Below are positions 60,785-64,000 of a stretch of 64,000 bases of DNA, piece by piece. Position 1 is the stretch's first letter, and every line of letters starts with the position of its first letter. The position numbers and the translations under genes are program-made. The notes under the pieces were generated by a model, which was given only the letters and a program-made list of their open reading frames with translations, did no database searches and was not told the DNA's origin. The stretch is from Longimicrobiales bacterium (GTDB lineage Bacteria; Gemmatimonadota; Gemmatimonadetes; Longimicrobiales; Gaopeijiaceae): contig CBDCNQ010000004.1 in assembly GCA_965219445.1 (NCBI GenBank), forward strand, positions 512,001 to 576,000. Reading direction: 5' to 3'.

Positions 60785-61536
60785 TCTGGAATCACCCTCG
60801 CGCCTTCGGGTGGCGTCATCACCCTTGCGCCCTCGCTGGGCACGAAACGGAATTCCTCGTCCGGGATCTCGATATCCACGCGGATGTCCGTGAGCCGGAT
60901 CCTTCGTATCGATTCGTTCGTTTCGTGGATGTCCAAGGCCGTGATCAAGTAGCTGTCCACATCGAACCACACGACTGCGGATCGGAAGTCCGCGGACCGC
61001 AAGCCCTCGGTCTCCCTCGGCTTCAATGCGATCTTGTGGGACAGGCCGTCGCCCATCGGCTCTCGGCCCTCATGCACCGCCTCGAACCGCCCGCGCGGAT
61101 CTTCCAGAAAACTCCTGTAGAAGTTGAACCCGCCCCCGGAGCCCTCCGCCGAAAAACGCATCACCTGCATGTCATCCAAGCTGGGATAGAAGGTCCAGAG
61201 GAACTCCCCATCCACAACCACCAGATCCCCCTCTGGATCGCTGAAGCGCATGGAGAATCGGTCGGGCCGCTGTTGGCAGACCGTGCCCTCACCCGAACGG
61301 GTTTGCCTGAGGAGGGTCACTTCGATCGTCTGCTGGAAGTGGGCGCAGAGAGTTTCCAGGCCGTAGTAGCGATCGCTGGCGGTGTATAACACCCGGTAGG
61401 CTTGGCCGTCCTGGCCGTGGAGCGACCGCGGGGGCGAGACGAGCGAGGCCAACAACAGCGGCAGCATCAGGACCTGCGGCAACCGAACGCTCGGCATCGA
61501 GGGACAGGGAGACGGGATGTGGGACGGCTCGTTCAT
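60781..61536 (-). CDS. lolA: Outer-membrane lipoprotein carrier LolA family (start 61536 or 61497)
   Basis: Signal peptide, AHFQQ, RP.RF, VVDGEFLW.F.P...Q, F.F.P..GA; directly downstream of ftsK. Confidence 0.82.
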   Translation of the reverse strand: MNEPSHIPSPCPSMPSVRLPQVLMLPLLLASLVSPPRSLHGQDGQAYRVLYTASDRYYGLETLCAHFQQTIEVTLLRQTRSGEGTVCQQRPDRFSMRFSDPEGDLVVVDGEFLWTFYPSLDDMQVMRFSAEGSGGGFNFYRSFLEDPRGRFEAVHEGREPMGDGLSHKIALKPRETEGLRSADFRSAVVWFDVDSYLITALDIHETNESIRRIRLTDIRVDIEIPDEEFRFVPSEGARVMTPPEGARVIPE

Positions 61537-61597
61537 AGCCGTCCATACACGGTGGGCGACAGGCCCGTTCCGAGCGGGAACCGGCCTGGATGCTTCG

Positions 61598-63970
61598 TCA
61601 TCGCATTCCCCGCTTCGCGCAGATCGACTCCAACTCGTCGAGCCCGACGAGCACCTCCCTCGCCTTCGAGCCCTCGGACGGCCCCAGAATCCCGGCGTCG
61701 TGAAGTTGATCCACGATGCGGGCGGCCCGCCCGTACCCGATCTTGAGCTTACGCTGGAGTAGCGACGTCGAGCCCTGCTGCTGCTGAACGCACACCTCAC
61801 CGGCCGTACGGAAAAGGTCGTCCCAATCCCCCGCGCCTACGTCGCCGACCGCCATCTCGGCCTCCTGTTCGAAGGCCCGCATCTGTTCCAGGATATCCGA
61901 TTCCGTCGCCGCCTCGGTCTCGTCGAACGCCCGGTTCTGAAGCTCGATCTGATCTTTGTACCAGCCCATCATCCGGTCGGTCTCCGCGGTGGAGATGTAG
62001 GCGCCCTGAATCCGGACGGGCTCACTCGAACCCGGTGGAAGAAAAAGCATATCGCCGTTACCGAGCAGGCTGTCGGCGCCATTCTGGTCGAGTATGGTGC
62101 GTGAATCAGTCTTCGACGAAACGCGAAAAGCGATGCGGGACGGAAAATTCGCCTTGATGAGGCCGGTGATGACGTTCACGCTCGGTCGCTGCGTAGCTAC
62201 GATCAGGTGGATTCCGATGGCCCGGCCCTTTTGAGCCAAGTAGGTGAGTGGCTTCTCCACCTCGCTCTGCACGGTCATCATGAGGTCCGCCAACTCGTCA
62301 ACGACCACCACGACGTATGGCAGAACTCCGTCGTCGTAGATCCACCGGTCCGGATCGTCGTCGGTGCCCCTCGGCTCGAAACGCCGAAGCGTCACGCCCT
62401 CCTCAACACGTTCGTTGAACTCGCCGATCGAACGCACGCCGTTCGCGCTCAACAGGTTGTACCGCCGGTCCATCTCCAGGACTGCCCACTTGAGAAGGCC
62501 TGAGGCGTCTCGCGGGTCCGTGACCACTTTGTGGCGGAGGTGCGGCAGCAAACGATACGTGGAGAGCTCGACCATCTTGGGATCGACCATGAGAAGCCTC
62601 AGGGTCTTCGGCGTATGTCGGTAGACCAAGCTCGTAATGATCGTATTGAGACAAATAGACTTGCCGGACCCTGTGGCGCCTGCGATGAGGATGTGGGGCA
62701 TCTTCCGGAGATCGGCCACGTAAGGCTTTCCGTTGAGATCCTTTCCGAGCGCCAACGGGAGTTCGGCGCGACTGCGTAGGTAGGCCGGTGAATCGAGGAT
62801 GTCTCGAAGGCGGACGACCTCCGGCTCGGGATTAGGGATCTCCACGCCGACGGCGCCCTTCCCGGGAACCGGCGCCACGATCCGAATACTCTTCGCCTTC
62901 ATGGCCAGGGCGAGGTCGGCGTCGAGGTTCGCGATCTTACTCACCTTCACTCCCGGCGCGGGGATGACCTCATACTGCGTGACCACGGGACCCGTCGTGC
63001 GGCCGCCGATCTCCCCCTCCACGTTGAACGTCCGAAGCTTTTCGATCAGAATCTCGCCCAGCGCGTCGAGCTCCCGCTCCATGTCATGACGATGTTCGTC
63101 ATCGGCGGCTGACATGAAATCCATCGGGGGGAGCCCCGTCTCCGAGAGATCCCCCTCCGCAAACGGATCGGGCGGTGGGCCTCCGTCCCCCTTCTCTCCT
63201 CTGTCCCCTTCCTCATCCCATCCCCCCTCCCGATCCACAATCTGGCCGGCCGCCTCCATTTGCTCCTCGTATGGCCCCCCACGCGCCTCGTCGTACGCAT
63301 CGGCAGTGACGTCAGCTGAGCCGTCCTCCGGATGGGACTCTCCATCGCCACCCAAGAGATCCATCGGCGGCGTTTGCTCCAGCCCGTCTTTGGAGCGGGC
63401 GTCCCACCAGGCCCTGAGGCGTTCCGCCAAGGAAAAGAGGCCACGGACACCACGAGCCAACACTCCCGTCCCTTGCGTCATGCCGTGCGCCAACGACCCG
63501 AGCGGATTCCAACCTAAGGTGCCCACAGATAGAATCACGAGGAGGAGCAGAATGAAAAGGACCGCCCCCAAGAAACCGAAGGCCAGAATGAGGGGAGGGC
63601 CCGCCAGCTCACCCCATCGGCCCACCATCTCCGGATCCTGGCCGAGGATTCCGAGGCCGACGGGCACGACCAACAGGAGACCTCCCATGAGAATCGAGAG
63701 GCGTACAGCCCACCCCACGGACAACCACTCGCTCGCCCGAAGCCCGCCGAAAAGGAGGAGCCCGGGCAGGAAAAACGCCGCCACACCTACGAGAATGGTA
63801 AGCACACGCTGCACCGTCTCTCCAACCACACCCACCATATTCCCCGATGGGAACCATTCCGCACCCCTGGGACCGAGCACCGATACGGGGATGAGCGCGG
63901 CGAGAAGGAAGAGGGCCAACGCCAACAGGCCGGCGGCCATGATGTCCCTCTGCTGCTTCTGCGACAGCAT
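61598..63970 (-). CDS. ftsK: DNA translocase FtsK
   Basis: N-terminal TMs, MPHILIAGATGSGKS, DPKMVEL, VDELADLM, ATQRPS, gamma domain LQRKLKIGYGRAARI. Confidence 0.97.
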   Translation of the reverse strand: MLSQKQQRDIMAAGLLALALFLLAALIPVSVLGPRGAEWFPSGNMVGVVGETVQRVLTILVGVAAFFLPGLLLFGGLRASEWLSVGWAVRLSILMGGLLLVVPVGLGILGQDPEMVGRWGELAGPPLILAFGFLGAVLFILLLLVILSVGTLGWNPLGSLAHGMTQGTGVLARGVRGLFSLAERLRAWWDARSKDGLEQTPPMDLLGGDGESHPEDGSADVTADAYDEARGGPYEEQMEAAGQIVDREGGWDEEGDRGEKGDGGPPPDPFAEGDLSETGLPPMDFMSAADDEHRHDMERELDALGEILIEKLRTFNVEGEIGGRTTGPVVTQYEVIPAPGVKVSKIANLDADLALAMKAKSIRIVAPVPGKGAVGVEIPNPEPEVVRLRDILDSPAYLRSRAELPLALGKDLNGKPYVADLRKMPHILIAGATGSGKSICLNTIITSLVYRHTPKTLRLLMVDPKMVELSTYRLLPHLRHKVVTDPRDASGLLKWAVLEMDRRYNLLSANGVRSIGEFNERVEEGVTLRRFEPRGTDDDPDRWIYDDGVLPYVVVVVDELADLMMTVQSEVEKPLTYLAQKGRAIGIHLIVATQRPSVNVITGLIKANFPSRIAFRVSSKTDSRTILDQNGADSLLGNGDMLFLPPGSSEPVRIQGAYISTAETDRMMGWYKDQIELQNRAFDETEAATESDILEQMRAFEQEAEMAVGDVGAGDWDDLFRTAGEVCVQQQQGSTSLLQRKLKIGYGRAARIVDQLHDAGILGPSEGSKAREVLVGLDELESICAKRGMR

Positions 63971-63974
63971 CTTA

Positions 63975-64000
63975 GAAGGCTGTTGGAGGAGTACAGTGGG
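63975..64000. repeat. Second copy (truncated by the window end) of the terminal repeat of the 30301-30621 element
   Basis: GAAGGCTGTTGGAGGAGTACAGTGGG, 25/26 identical to 30301-30326. Confidence 0.8.

Overview
High-GC bacterial chromosomal core region. It is densely coding and almost entirely on the minus strand, with about 60 genes and one tRNA-Met. Gene content and order suggest a diderm, possibly Gemmatimonadota (inference, not searched). Genes cover translation and RNA modification (ileS, rluD, tilS, rsmA, rsmD, prmA, prmC, prfA, rpmE, rimO, obgE), DNA metabolism (dnaG, recJ, mutS2, a DEDDh exonuclease, ftsK, a frameshifted dprA), envelope functions (tonB/exbD/exbD/exbB, lolA, lnt, an Lnb/DUF4105-like gene, an S41 protease), central and cofactor metabolism (eno, glyA, thiolase, hbd, Leu dehydrogenase, thiL, nnr, coaD, hemL, hemW, tmk, ino1 plus a CDP-alcohol phosphotransferase) and regulation (hrcA, rex, RsbU/W/V, cdaA). 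I see no prophage, CRISPR array, transposase or defence island. The most unusual item is a 321-bp non-coding element at 30301-30621. It has 31-bp terminal inverted repeats and two related, oppositely oriented hairpin modules, supplies the recJ stop codon and abuts the rsmD start. A second copy of its end begins 4 bp upstream of the ftsK start at the window edge. Other notable items are a translationally coupled Lnb-like/Lnt pair, an IleRS2 with a GLHH signature, an inositol-lipid gene pair, a 2-bp frameshift in dprA, a perfect Rex operator and a 22-bp-period direct repeat upstream of exbB.
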